Positions 40,302 through 50,651 of a stretch of DNA of 64,000 bases are shown in pieces; the stretch's first letter is position 1; every line of letters starts with the position of its first letter. The DNA lies in the NCBI GenBank assembly GCA_015057525.1, contig SVEE01000002.1, positions 4,767 through 68,766 on the forward strand, written 5' to 3'. Both the position numbers and the translations under genes were made by a program. Below the pieces are notes generated by a model. The model had not been told where the DNA came from, did no database searches, and was given only the letters and a program-made list of their open reading frames with translations. This stretch comes from Lachnospiraceae bacterium. Its GTDB lineage: Bacteria > Bacillota > Clostridia > Lachnospirales > Lachnospiraceae.

Positions 40302-41345
40302 GCCTTCATACATTCTGGAATCAGCCAGTTTGAACAATTCTTCGTAATCATCAGTTTCTGTAGCTGATGAAACACCGAAGGTCATGGTGATATGCAGATT
40401 TTTATCTTCGAATTTAATCTCTGTTTCTTCGATTTTTTGTCTAATTCGTTCAGCAATATTTAATGCCATTTCTCTATCGATGTTTCTAAGGAAAACAATA
40501 AATTCTTCGCCACCCCAGCGACATAGAAAATCATGTCCTCTTGTAAGAGAAGATAAAACAGATGAAATGGTTTTTAAGACTTCATCACCACATTCATGAC
40601 CGTAGGTGTCATTAAATTTTTTGAAGTTATCTATATCACATACAATGAGTGAAAAAGGTTTTTGCGTTTTGTGATAGTCCTCGTACATATTTTGAACATG
40701 TACAGTCATGGTTCTTCTGTTATATAAACCAGTGAGTGGGTCGGTGTTTGCTAAATTGTCCAATTCTAAATTTTTATTGTATAAAGAGTTATAGGCTGAT
40801 TCAATTTCAATAAGGAAGAGAATTGAAAAACCAAGTAAAGCAACAAATGTAATAAACATATTTACAATATAAATATATGGTTTTAGGTTACTTAAAATAT
40901 CGGATTCATATAATGGTGTATGAAGGTTTGATATAATGTAGCAACCTGCAAACAAAACAAATGATATTATTGATAAAATAAAAGATTTTAGTATGTATTT
41001 ATTTGATTTTGCTGCATGTAGAAGGTTGAATGCCATAGGGACAAGTGCAATAAAATACATAGAAAATCCGAAACCATTTCCTACAAGAACAACTGAGATA
41101 AATGAATGCAATACAATTTCACCAAAACCGATGTAAAATACCTTTGCAGGATGCTTGGCCACAATGTAGATACAGTAAATATACAACAATATGCTGCATA
41201 GATTAAGGACAAGTAATGGAGTGATTTTAGTATATATAGAAAATATGGCTATCATCATGTGAATAACTATACAAAATAATGTAAACAGTTTGAGTATAGA
41301 TGACGTGTTGAGCGATAATTTTTTTGTACGATTAGTTTTAGCCAT
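40272..41345 (-). CDS. Membrane-bound diguanylate cyclase (multi-TM sensor + GGEEF)
   Basis: Real start ATG 41345 (MAKTNRT) follows AAAGGAGG; about six hydrophobic segments; DPLTGLYNR, DIDNFK.FND.YGH..GD, I-site RGHD, active-site RWGGEEF. Confidence 0.9.
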   Translation of the reverse strand: MAKTNRTKKLSLNTSSILKLFTLFCIVIHMMIAIFSIYTKITPLLVLNLCSILLYIYCIYIVAKHPAKVFYIGFGEIVLHSFISVVLVGNGFGFSMYFIALVPMAFNLLHAAKSNKYILKSFILSIISFVLFAGCYIISNLHTPLYESDILSNLKPYIYIVNMFITFVALLGFSILFLIEIESAYNSLYNKNLELDNLANTDPLTGLYNRRTMTVHVQNMYEDYHKTQKPFSLIVCDIDNFKKFNDTYGHECGDEVLKTISSVLSSLTRGHDFLCRWGGEEFIVFLRNIDREMALNIAERIRQKIEETEIKFEDKNLHITMTFGVSSATETDDYEELFKLADSRMYEGKRSGKNKVV

Positions 41346-41514
41346 GTGTCTACCTCCTTTTATTACTAAAATTATACTATTTTTCAATATAAAATCAATA
41401 AAAAACGAATAAAGTAAAAAAATATGAATTAGTGCTACATAAATTTTAAAAAATTTGATATAATACCCAAGGTGTTTGTGACAAACATTCAGTAACAATG
41501 TAGGAGATAATGAT

Positions 41515-43659
41515 ATGAATATTGAAAAAATTATTGCGGAAGAATTAAATGTAAAGGTATGGCAGGTAGAGAAAACTATTGAGCTTATTGACGAGGGAAA
41601 TACAATACCTTTCATTTCAAGATATAGAAAGGAAGTAACAGGTTCATTAAATGATGAGCAGTTGAGACAGCTTGATGAGAGACTTACATATTTAAGAAAT
41701 CTTGAAGACAAGAAAAAGACTGTTATATCAACTATTGAGGAACAGGGTAAGCTTACAGATGAGTTGAGAAAACAGATTGAAGATGCTATGACTATGGTTG
41801 CAGTTGAGGATTTATATAGACCGTATAAGCCAAAGCGTAGAACAAGAGCAACAATTGCCAAGGAAAAGGGCTTAGAGGGACTTGCTAATATTATAAGTCT
41901 TCAGATGACAAATAAAACAATAGAAGAAGAGGCTGAAAGCTATTTATCTGAAGAGAAAGAAGTAAATACAGTTGAGGACGCTATTGCAGGTGCAAAGGAT
42001 ATATTGGCTGAGGCATATGCAGATGAGGCTGAATATAGAACAAAGATAAGAGATTTGACAAGAAGTAAGGGTAAAATCAAGTCGGTTGCTAAAAATCCAG
42101 AAGAAAAGTCAGTATATGAAATGTATTATGATTTTGAAGAAAGCATTAGCAAGGCTGTTGGATACAGAGTTCTTGCAATTAACAGAGGCGAGACTGAGAA
42201 GATACTTACTGTTAAAATTGAGGCACCGGTTGATGATATAATAAAATATCTTAAAAAACAGATTATTAGTAAGCCTGACCATGCAAGTGCACCTTATATG
42301 GAGGCAGCTATTGAGGATAGCTATGAAAGACTTATTGCGCCGTCAATAGAAAGAGAAATAAGAAACGAACTTACAGATATGGCAGAAGAAGGTGCAATTA
42401 ATGTATTTGGTAAGAATTTACATCAGCTTCTTATGCAACCACCTGTTGCGGGACAGACTGTTCTTGGCTGGGACCCTGCATTCAGAACAGGATGTAAGCT
42501 TGCAGTTGTAGACCCTACAGGTAAGGTTCTTGATACTATTGTAATATATCCTACAGCTCCACAGAATAAGGTTGCTGAAGCAAAACAGATACTTAAGAAG
42601 CTTATAGATAAATATGGTATTACACTCATTTCTCTTGGTAATGGAACTGCCAGCCGCGAATCTGAGATGGTAATTGTGGAACTTTTAAAGGAGATTAAAC
42701 AGGATGTTAAATATGTTATAGTCAACGAAGCGGGAGCATCTGTTTATTCTGCTAGTAAGCTTGCTACAGAGGAATTCCCTAATTTTGATGTAGGACAAAG
42801 AAGTGCAACATCAATTGCGAGAAGAATTCAGGATCCATTAGCTGAGCTTGTTAAGATTGACCCTAAGTCAATAGGTGTTGGACAATATCAGCATGATATG
42901 AATCAGAAGAATCTTGGAAATGCACTTACAGGTGTAGTTGAAGATTGTGTTAATAGTGTTGGTGTTGATCTTAACACAGCATCTGCATCATTACTTGAGT
43001 ATATTTCTGGTATAAATAAGACTCTGGCTAAGAGCATTGTTTCATACAGAGAGGAAAACGGTCAGTTTAAGAATAGAAAAGAATTACTTAAGGTTCCTAA
43101 ATTAGGACCAAAGGCATACGAACAGTGTGCTGGATTCCTTAGAATTAATGGTGGTGATGAAATACTTGATAATACAAGTGTCCATCCAGAAAGCTATGAG
43201 GCAACTAAGAATCTTATTAATAAATTAGGTATAACTGATGATGAATTAAAGGGTGGTATGAAAAACTTAAGCAACAAGGTTTCTGACACAGGAAAGCTTG
43301 CCGAAGAATTAGGCTTAGGTGAACCTACACTTATAGATATCATTAAAGAGTTAGAAAAACCAGGCCGAGACCCACGTGAGGAAATGGAGAAACCAATCTT
43401 AAGAAGTGACGTCCTTGAAATGAAAGATTTGAAAGAGGGCATGGAGCTTAAGGGTACAGTAAGAAATGTAATAGATTTTGGTGCCTTTGTAGATATCGGT
43501 GTACACCAGGATGGTCTTGTACATATATCTAAGATGACAGACAGATACATAAAACATCCTCTTGAAGTAGTTTCAGTAGGAGACATAGTAGATGTAACTG
43601 TCATTGGAGTCGACATGGAGAAGAAGAGAATACAGCTTTCTATGGTCAAGGGCAAGTAA
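41515..43659 (+). CDS. tex: Tex-family RNA-binding transcriptional accessory protein
   Basis: GNTIPFI.RYRKE.TG.L, DP.FRTGCKLA, VNEAGASVYSAS, IDPKSIGVGQYQHD, HhH region, C-terminal S1 domain (RNVIDFGAFVDIGVHQDGLVHIS). Confidence 0.96.
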   Translation: MNIEKIIAEELNVKVWQVEKTIELIDEGNTIPFISRYRKEVTGSLNDEQLRQLDERLTYLRNLEDKKKTVISTIEEQGKLTDELRKQIEDAMTMVAVEDLYRPYKPKRRTRATIAKEKGLEGLANIISLQMTNKTIEEEAESYLSEEKEVNTVEDAIAGAKDILAEAYADEAEYRTKIRDLTRSKGKIKSVAKNPEEKSVYEMYYDFEESISKAVGYRVLAINRGETEKILTVKIEAPVDDIIKYLKKQIISKPDHASAPYMEAAIEDSYERLIAPSIEREIRNELTDMAEEGAINVFGKNLHQLLMQPPVAGQTVLGWDPAFRTGCKLAVVDPTGKVLDTIVIYPTAPQNKVAEAKQILKKLIDKYGITLISLGNGTASRESEMVIVELLKEIKQDVKYVIVNEAGASVYSASKLATEEFPNFDVGQRSATSIARRIQDPLAELVKIDPKSIGVGQYQHDMNQKNLGNALTGVVEDCVNSVGVDLNTASASLLEYISGINKTLAKSIVSYREENGQFKNRKELLKVPKLGPKAYEQCAGFLRINGGDEILDNTSVHPESYEATKNLINKLGITDDELKGGMKNLSNKVSDTGKLAEELGLGEPTLIDIIKELEKPGRDPREEMEKPILRSDVLEMKDLKEGMELKGTVRNVIDFGAFVDIGVHQDGLVHISKMTDRYIKHPLEVVSVGDIVDVTVIGVDMEKKRIQLSMVKGK

Positions 43660-43680
43660 CTTTATAATTATATAATGAAG

Positions 43681-43708
43681 TAAGTGGCTGTTTATAAACA
43701 GCCACTTA
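43681..43708 (+). terminator. Hairpin terminator downstream of tex
   Basis: TAAGTGGCTGTT-TATA-AACAGCCACTTA. Confidence 0.75.
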
Positions 43709-43718
43709 TTGTTGAATT

Positions 43719-43748
43719 AAAAAAACCGGTTATTTAACCGGTTTTTTT
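43719..43748. terminator. Bidirectional terminator downstream of rpmB
   Basis: A7-CCGGTT...AACCGG-T7. Confidence 0.85.
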
Positions 43749-43752
43749 AGAA

Positions 43753-43938
43753 TTATGCTCTTTCAATCTTTCCTGACTTTAAGCATGATGTACAAACATA
43801 TACTCTCTTAGGAGTACCGTTAACTACAGCCTTAACTGACTTAATGTTTGACTTCCACATTCTGTTTGATCTTCTATGAGAATGGCTCACATTGTTTCCG
43901 AAATGAGCGCCTTTATCACAAATACTACACTTTGCCAC
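43753..43938 (-). CDS. rpmB: 50S ribosomal protein L28 (Zn-ribbon form)
   Basis: GTG 43938 follows AGGAGG; AKCSICDK...GNNVSHSHRRSNRMWKSN...VCTSCLKSG. Confidence 0.96.
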   Translation of the reverse strand: MAKCSICDKGAHFGNNVSHSHRRSNRMWKSNIKSVKAVVNGTPKRVYVCTSCLKSGKIERA

Positions 43939-44225
43939 TGTTAGCACCTCCTTGACAACCTATTAAACCGTTGAAAAACTGGATATTCGTGTGTAAAAAC
44001 ACAAAATATTACAGTTAGTCACAAGTTCGCAACACGCATATTCTAACAAAAAAATATATAATATGCAAGAAGAATTTTAATATTTTTTGAAAAAATTTAA
44101 AACAATGCATATAGTGGGTATGTATTTGTTCATTTTAACTTGATTAAATATACTTCTATGGGTATAATTATAAAGATAGAGTTGATAAGAAAATGTTTAG
44201 TTTATATATAAGGAGGGTTATGTCT

Positions 44226-44585
44226 ATGAAGGGCTATATGTCTAATGATAACGGTGAAATTATTATTGAAAATGAAGTGATTGCTCAGTATGCAGGACAT
44301 GCTGCTTTGGGTTGTTTTGGTATAGTTGGTATGGCGACCATAAGTATGAGAGATGGTATCGCAAAATTACTTAAAGGTGACAGTATTAGTAAGGGTGTAA
44401 ATGTAGAGATTGATGAAGCAAATAATTTATCAATTGACTTCCATATTATTGTCGCATATGGTGTAAGCATTTCTACAGTATGTGATAACCTTATTAATAC
44501 AGTTAGATATTCAGTAGAAGAAATGACTGGTTTACCAGTTAAAGCCATTAACATCTTTGTTGAAGGTGTTAGGGTTATAGATTAG
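44226..44585 (+). CDS. Asp23/Gls24 family protein (YloU-like)
   Basis: G.IIIENEVIA..AG.AA..CFGIVGMA, IIVAYGVSI, INIFVEGVR; divergent from rpmB and upstream of fakA. Confidence 0.9.
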   Translation: MKGYMSNDNGEIIIENEVIAQYAGHAALGCFGIVGMATISMRDGIAKLLKGDSISKGVNVEIDEANNLSIDFHIIVAYGVSISTVCDNLINTVRYSVEEMTGLPVKAINIFVEGVRVID

Positions 44586-44601
44586 TAGGAGGAATTTAGA
44601 A

Positions 44602-46269
44602 GTGGCTATTAAGAAAATTGACGCGGAATTGCTTCAGAAGGCTTTTATTGCAGGTGCGCATAATTTAGAGAGAAATAAAGACTATATTAATGAATTGAAC
44701 GTATTCCCGGTACCTGATGGTGATACAGGTTCTAATATGTCCCTTACTATTATGGCTGCAGCAAAGGAAGTTGGAGCTCTTGTTAATCCAACAATTGAAG
44801 AATTAGCTAAGACTATGTCAAGTGGCTCATTAAGAGGTGCACGTGGTAACTCGGGAGTTATTCTTTCTCAGCTTTTAAGAGGATTCTGTAGAGAAATTAG
44901 AGAGAAAAAGGCTATTACAACAACTGTTTTGGCAGATGGTTTTGTTCGTGGTGTTGAAACAGCGTATAAGGCAGTTATGAAACCTAAGGAAGGTACAATC
45001 CTTACTGTTGCCAAAGGTGTTGCAGAAAAAGCTGTTGAGATGGCAGATAAGAGAGTTAGCATAGAGGAATTTGCGGAAGCTGTTATTGAACATGGAAATA
45101 TAGTTCTTGCTCAGACTCCAGAGATGTTACCTGTACTTAAGGAAGCAGGAGTTGTGGATTCTGGTGGACAAGGACTTATGGAATTCCTCATTGGTGCATA
45201 CAACGGTCTTATTGGTAAGGAGATTGTAGAAGTTAAGACTCTGGAAAATGCTCCTAAGGTATCTACAGTTAGCTCAGAGGATATTGATACTTCTCATATT
45301 ACATTTGGTTATTGTACAGAGTTTATAATAATGTTGGAAAAAGAATACAACATGGATATAGAAGAGAAATTCAAAGAATATCTTACTTCTATTGGAGATT
45401 CTCTTGTTGTTGTATCAGATGATGAGATAGTTAAGGTTCATGTTCATACTAACCATCCAGGTCTTGCATTTGAGAAGGGTCTTGAATTTGGTCAGCTTAC
45501 TAATATGAAGGTTGACAATATGAGAGAAGAGCATAGAGAAAAGGTTATCATGGAACAGGATAGAAAGGCTGCTGAAGAAGCAGAGGCTACCAAGAATCAG
45601 GAACCAGCCAAAGAGTATGGTTTTGTATCTGTTTCAGTAGGCGAAGGTCTTGATCAGATTTTCACAGAGTTAGGTGTTGACCATATAATCTCAGGTGGCC
45701 AGACAATGAATCCAAGTACAGATGATGTTCTTTCTGCTATTGAGAAAGTGAATGCTAAGAATATATTTGTTTTCCCTAATAACAAGAATATTATTTTAGC
45801 TGCTAATCAAGCTGCAAGTATAGAAAAAGAGAAAAATATTATTGTTATTCCGTCTAAGACAATTCCACAGGGAATAAGCGCGCTTATAAGTTTTGAACCA
45901 GAGTTGTCTGTTGATGAAAACAAAGAAAATATGACAGAAGCATTGTCTGCGGTTAAGTCTGGACAGGTAACATATGCTGTTAGAGACACATCTATTGACG
46001 GAAAAGAAATTAAAACTGGCGATTATATGGGTATAGATGATGCTGGAATTAAATCAGTTGGTACAGATATAACAGAAGTTGTTAAAGAACTTATCTCGGA
46101 AATGTCTGATGATAGTTCAGAACTTCTCAGTATTTACTATGGAAGCGATGTTTCAGATGAAGATGCATCTGCTATGGAAGCTGCTTTGTCAGAAGCATAT
46201 CCAGAATTAGAACTTGAGGTTCACTCAGGTAACCAGCCTGTATATTATTATCTTGTATCTGTTGAATAA
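44602..46269 (+). CDS. fakA: DAK2-domain fatty acid kinase catalytic subunit (YloV/FakA)
   Basis: GTG after AGGAGG; INELNVFPVPDGDTGSNM, GARGNSGVILSQ, KPKEGTILTV, VVDSGG.G, FGYCTEF, GGQTMNPST. Confidence 0.93.
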   Translation: MAIKKIDAELLQKAFIAGAHNLERNKDYINELNVFPVPDGDTGSNMSLTIMAAAKEVGALVNPTIEELAKTMSSGSLRGARGNSGVILSQLLRGFCREIREKKAITTTVLADGFVRGVETAYKAVMKPKEGTILTVAKGVAEKAVEMADKRVSIEEFAEAVIEHGNIVLAQTPEMLPVLKEAGVVDSGGQGLMEFLIGAYNGLIGKEIVEVKTLENAPKVSTVSSEDIDTSHITFGYCTEFIIMLEKEYNMDIEEKFKEYLTSIGDSLVVVSDDEIVKVHVHTNHPGLAFEKGLEFGQLTNMKVDNMREEHREKVIMEQDRKAAEEAEATKNQEPAKEYGFVSVSVGEGLDQIFTELGVDHIISGGQTMNPSTDDVLSAIEKVNAKNIFVFPNNKNIILAANQAASIEKEKNIIVIPSKTIPQGISALISFEPELSVDENKENMTEALSAVKSGQVTYAVRDTSIDGKEIKTGDYMGIDDAGIKSVGTDITEVVKELISEMSDDSSELLSIYYGSDVSDEDASAMEAALSEAYPELELEVHSGNQPVYYYLVSVE

Positions 46270-46357
46270 TATTTATATAAGATTAATGTGTATAATGATG
46301 GGCATGTAATCCTTGATTACATGCCTGTTGTGATTATAATGTAACTGGAGGTTTAGT

Positions 46358-48379
46358 ATGAATTTAAGCGATAATATTACATCCATAAAGGGTATTGGAG
46401 ATAAAACTGCGGCATCCTTTTCAAGACTTGGTGTTCATACTGTTAATGACTTAATACATACATATCCCCGTAATTATCTTTCCTATGGCGATGTGGTTGA
46501 TATTAAGGATACAATTATTGGGGAGCGTCATTCTGTTTGTGCTATAGTTAGCTCATATGTAGATGTAAGAAAAGTGAGAAGTCTTACACTTACTAATTTT
46601 ACCGTTAAAGATTCAACAGGAAACATAAAAGTTACATTTTTTAATTCTCCATTTTTAAGAAATGTTTTTCATAAAGGAGATACATATGTATTTGTAGGTA
46701 CAATAAAGGTTAAAAACAATATGAGGGTTATGGAAATGCCTGAATACTACAAGCTTTCCGTCTACGAAGGTATGAAGCAGGAAATGCAACCAGTATATAC
46801 CTTGACCCATGGACTATCAAATAAAACTATTCAAAAAGCAATTTCAAGTGTAAGAGAAACCATATTCTCTATGAAGGATTATCTTTCAGATGATATTTTA
46901 AGAGAATATGGCTTAATGGATATTTCAGAAGCCTACGAAAATATTCATTTTCCAATGAATGAAGGTGTGTTAAGAAACGCAATTCGTAGACTTGCTTTTG
47001 ATGAATTTTACAAATTTATTTATGATATGAATAAGCTTAAGGTTGAAAATGTTAAGCTTATGAATTCTCATGAGGTTGTACAAGGTAAGGCTGTAGCTGA
47101 GTTTATAGATAAATTACCCTACAAGCTTACTAAGGGGCAGGCTGAAGCTATTGAAGATATTTTGAAGGATATGGGGTCTGATAATGTTATGAACAGACTT
47201 GTACAGGGTGACGTTGGTTCAGGAAAAACCATCGTTGCAATGGCGGCTTTATTTGCCTGTGTAAAACAAGGATATCAAGGAGCATTAATGGTTCCTACTG
47301 AGGTTTTGGCAAAACAACATTATGAGGAACTTACACGAATGTTCTCACAGTATGGAATAAGCTGTGAATGTTTAGTTGGCTCAACTTCAATGAAAGATAA
47401 ACGTAAAATATATGAGTCTATATCAACAGGAAAAACAGATATTGTAATTGGAACTCACGCTCTTATTGAAGACAAGGTGGAATTTTTAGATTTGGGACTT
47501 GTGGTTACTGATGAGCAACATAGATTTGGTGTTAACCAAAGGAGGAAATTATCTGCTAAGGGAAATTATCCACATACACTTGTTATGAGTGCCACACCTA
47601 TACCAAGAACATTAGCGATTATAATGTACGCAGATTTGGACATTTCTGTTATTTCTGAGCTTCCAAAGGGAAGGAAGCCAATAAAGAATTGTGTAGTAGG
47701 AACAAACTATAGAAATACGGCGTATAAATTTATAGCTGGGCAGGTTTCTGAAGGAAGTCAGGTATATGTAATTTGTCCTATGGTGGATGAGAGTGATAAT
47801 TTAGATGTTACTAATGTAATAGAATATACTGATACATTGCGAAGTGCATTGCCACAGAATGTAGTGGTTGAGTCATTGCATGGCCAAATGAAGTCAGAAG
47901 AGAAGAACAGTATAATGGAAGCTTTTATTAAAGGGGATATTCATGTCCTTGTATCTACAACAGTTATTGAGGTTGGTATTAATAATCCTAATGCTACGGT
48001 AATGATGGTTGAGAATGCTGAGAGATTTGGACTTGCACAGCTACATCAGTTGAGAGGTAGAGTAGGAAGAGGAAAGAAGCAGTCCTATTGTATATTTATA
48101 AGTGGTAAGGAAAGTGATGAAGCAAAAGAAAGACTTCAGGTTCTTGAAAATTCCAATGATGGATTCTTTATTGCCAGTGAAGATTTAAAACTTCGAGGTC
48201 CGGGTGATTTCTTTGGAATTAGACAAAGTGGTGAAACTTTGTTTAAACTGGCAGATATATATAATCATTCTGATATGCTTCGTATGGCACAGGAAATACT
48301 AGAAAAATATGGTGATGTAATCAATATTACAGATAGTACAACAATGAACTTAAAAACTGACAACAGTACTATATTATAG
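46358..48379 (+). CDS. recG: ATP-dependent DNA helicase RecG
   Basis: RRLAFDEF, RLVQGDVGSGKT, PTEVLAKQH, DEQHRFGV, MSATPIPRTL, HQLRGRVGRG, DLKLRGPGDF.G.RQSG. Confidence 0.97.
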   Translation: MNLSDNITSIKGIGDKTAASFSRLGVHTVNDLIHTYPRNYLSYGDVVDIKDTIIGERHSVCAIVSSYVDVRKVRSLTLTNFTVKDSTGNIKVTFFNSPFLRNVFHKGDTYVFVGTIKVKNNMRVMEMPEYYKLSVYEGMKQEMQPVYTLTHGLSNKTIQKAISSVRETIFSMKDYLSDDILREYGLMDISEAYENIHFPMNEGVLRNAIRRLAFDEFYKFIYDMNKLKVENVKLMNSHEVVQGKAVAEFIDKLPYKLTKGQAEAIEDILKDMGSDNVMNRLVQGDVGSGKTIVAMAALFACVKQGYQGALMVPTEVLAKQHYEELTRMFSQYGISCECLVGSTSMKDKRKIYESISTGKTDIVIGTHALIEDKVEFLDLGLVVTDEQHRFGVNQRRKLSAKGNYPHTLVMSATPIPRTLAIIMYADLDISVISELPKGRKPIKNCVVGTNYRNTAYKFIAGQVSEGSQVYVICPMVDESDNLDVTNVIEYTDTLRSALPQNVVVESLHGQMKSEEKNSIMEAFIKGDIHVLVSTTVIEVGINNPNATVMMVENAERFGLAQLHQLRGRVGRGKKQSYCIFISGKESDEAKERLQVLENSNDGFFIASEDLKLRGPGDFFGIRQSGETLFKLADIYNHSDMLRMAQEILEKYGDVINITDSTTMNLKTDNSTIL

Positions 48380-48398
48380 AAATGAGAGGAACACATGC

Positions 48399-48878
48399 AT
48401 GAAAGTTGAAGTTGGATATATTACAGCGTGGAGAAGGGCTATATTTTTTACATTTATTTTTTCTATCATATTATTTGGTACAGTTTCTTCAATTGCATCA
48501 GCATATATTGGAGGAATAGTCAGCAATATTATTAGTGTTGGAATTTTACTTGTTTGTATTGCTCTTTTTATTCTTGTATTAGCTGATAAATGGGATAAAT
48601 ATTCCGGTTTAGGTATTGCAGAAATTAAGGATGGAGTATTTATATATGATGATAAAAAAAGACATTATAAAATTAAACTTGAAGATATAAAGAAAGTAGA
48701 TATTGAAAATGTAAAAACTGGTGAAAATTTAAAGACTATATTAGCTTATAGAATATTAATACAAACAGTTAAGAATAAAAAATATTATATAGAGTCGGAT
48801 AGAGCTTCAGGTAGAGAATATAATGAGATGGATATTTACAATTTATATCTGTATTTAATGGAAAATACAAATAAGTAA
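48399..48878 (+). CDS. Hypothetical AT-rich membrane protein (2 TM + cytoplasmic domain)
   Basis: RBS GAGG; two hydrophobic helices followed by a basic beta-rich region. Confidence 0.65.
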   Translation: MKVEVGYITAWRRAIFFTFIFSIILFGTVSSIASAYIGGIVSNIISVGILLVCIALFILVLADKWDKYSGLGIAEIKDGVFIYDDKKRHYKIKLEDIKKVDIENVKTGENLKTILAYRILIQTVKNKKYYIESDRASGREYNEMDIYNLYLYLMENTNK

Positions 48879-48963
48879 ATTAGTTATTAAATAGATATAC
48901 TTGCGATATATAATATTTCTTGATAAACTATTTAGGATTTTAAATTATATTTAGGGGGCTAAC

Positions 48964-50616
48964 ATGGAAGAAAATAAGAATATACCTGCCGAGGTAGATA
49001 ACAATAATGAAAGTAAAACTGATATATACAAAAGTGGAAAATCAAATAAGATTATGCTTGGAATTATTGTGGCTTTATCAGTTGCAATAATTGGATTGTG
49101 CATTTTTATATTTGCAGGAGGAAAAAATAAAAAAGACAGTACAACTACCGAGACTACTGTGGATAATGCTACAAGTCAAGATGCTTCTAGTGAAGGGGGA
49201 AGCGCAGAAACTGCCACAACACAGGCAGAACAACAAGAAACTGGAGAACAGTTATCATGTTATGTTTCCATGGACGCTGGTGACGGTTGGGAAGGAAGTG
49301 GAAAGTATTATAATCAGTATACAGTTAGTATACATAACAATACTTCTTACGATATAAAGAATTGGAGTATTAAGATTCCTGTTGCTGGTGATGTAACTAT
49401 TGATAGTTCTTGGAATGGTACATTTTCTAATGATGGGGGAACAATTACCATTACTCCAGTTGAATATAATGGAACTGTTGCAGCTAACTCCACACTTGCA
49501 GATATAGGTTTTATTGTTGTTGCATCGTCAAAGAGTGATATTGACGCTATGGCATCTGCAGCGGAGCTTTATGTTGACGGTCAGTTGTATGTAAGTACTG
49601 CTGTTGATGAAGGACAGGATAACACAGAGGAAACTGCTACAGAAACTACAGAGGAAACTACTACAGAGGCTCCTTCAGTTCCAGCGGAAGCTGAAACAGG
49701 AACTCCGTTGGATAATCATGGTAAGTTAAGTGTAGAGGGAACTAATATAGTTGATGAAAATGGTGATGTATACCAGCTTAAGGGTGTAAGTACACATGGT
49801 ATGGCGTGGTTTCCAGACTATGTAAATAAAGATGCATTCCAGACATTTAGAGATGACTGGGGAGCTAATATTATTAGACTTGCCATGTATACAGCTGAAT
49901 ATGCCGGATACTGTGAAGGTGGAGATAAGGAATATTTAAAGAGTCTTATTGACACAGGAGTTCAAGCTGCTACAGAGCTTGGTATGTATGTAATTGTTGA
50001 TTGGCATATACTTCACGATTTGACTCCTCATAAGTATAAGGACGATGCTAAGGCATTTTTTGAAGAAATGTCAGCTAAGTATAAAGATTACGATAACGTA
50101 ATATACGAAATATGTAATGAACCTAATGGAGGAACTACTTGGGCAGATGTAAAATCCTATGCAGAGGAGATTATACCTATAATAAGAGCAAACGATCCAG
50201 ATGCTATTATTATTGTAGGAACTCCTAACTGGTCACAGGATGTAGATATTGCGGCTCAGGATCCTATTACAGGTTATGATAATATAATGTATGCTGTTCA
50301 TTTTTATGCGGCTACACATACTGATAACATAAGAAATAAGGTTACAACAGCTCTTGATGCTGGCTTGCCTATAATCGTAAGTGAATTTAGCATTTGTGAT
50401 GCATCAGGTAATGGAGCTATTGATTACAATCAGGCTGATTTATGGTTTGATTTAATTGAGGCTAATAATATGTCTTATGTAGGATGGAATATTTCAAATA
50501 AGGATGAGACATCGTCTATTATCAAATCTTCTTGTACAAAGCTTAGCGGCTGGACAGAAGATGAGTTGTCTGAATCAGGTGTTTGGTTACGTAACCAAAT
50601 TAAAGGAAATAATTAA
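48964..50616 (+). CDS. Membrane-anchored CBM2 + GH5 endoglucanase (GH5_2-like)
   Basis: TM anchor IMLGIIVALSVAIIGLCIFIFA; CBM2-like W..SG...QYTVSIHNNTS....W...SSWNG; T/E-rich linker; GH5 motifs QLKGVSTHG, IRLAMY, IVDWH, YEICNEP (acid/base), HFYAATH, VSEF (nucleophile). Confidence 0.9.
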   Translation: MEENKNIPAEVDNNNESKTDIYKSGKSNKIMLGIIVALSVAIIGLCIFIFAGGKNKKDSTTTETTVDNATSQDASSEGGSAETATTQAEQQETGEQLSCYVSMDAGDGWEGSGKYYNQYTVSIHNNTSYDIKNWSIKIPVAGDVTIDSSWNGTFSNDGGTITITPVEYNGTVAANSTLADIGFIVVASSKSDIDAMASAAELYVDGQLYVSTAVDEGQDNTEETATETTEETTTEAPSVPAEAETGTPLDNHGKLSVEGTNIVDENGDVYQLKGVSTHGMAWFPDYVNKDAFQTFRDDWGANIIRLAMYTAEYAGYCEGGDKEYLKSLIDTGVQAATELGMYVIVDWHILHDLTPHKYKDDAKAFFEEMSAKYKDYDNVIYEICNEPNGGTTWADVKSYAEEIIPIIRANDPDAIIIVGTPNWSQDVDIAAQDPITGYDNIMYAVHFYAATHTDNIRNKVTTALDAGLPIIVSEFSICDASGNGAIDYNQADLWFDLIEANNMSYVGWNISNKDETSSIIKSSCTKLSGWTEDELSESGVWLRNQIKGNN

Positions 50617-50651
50617 CAAAAAAGTTGACAAATTTTGAGAGGTTGTACATA

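Noticed and set aside
41346-41861. 172-aa N-terminal extension of the DGC shown in the ORF track
   Set aside because: It overlaps tex on the opposite strand; a strong AAAGGAGG RBS supports ATG 41345.
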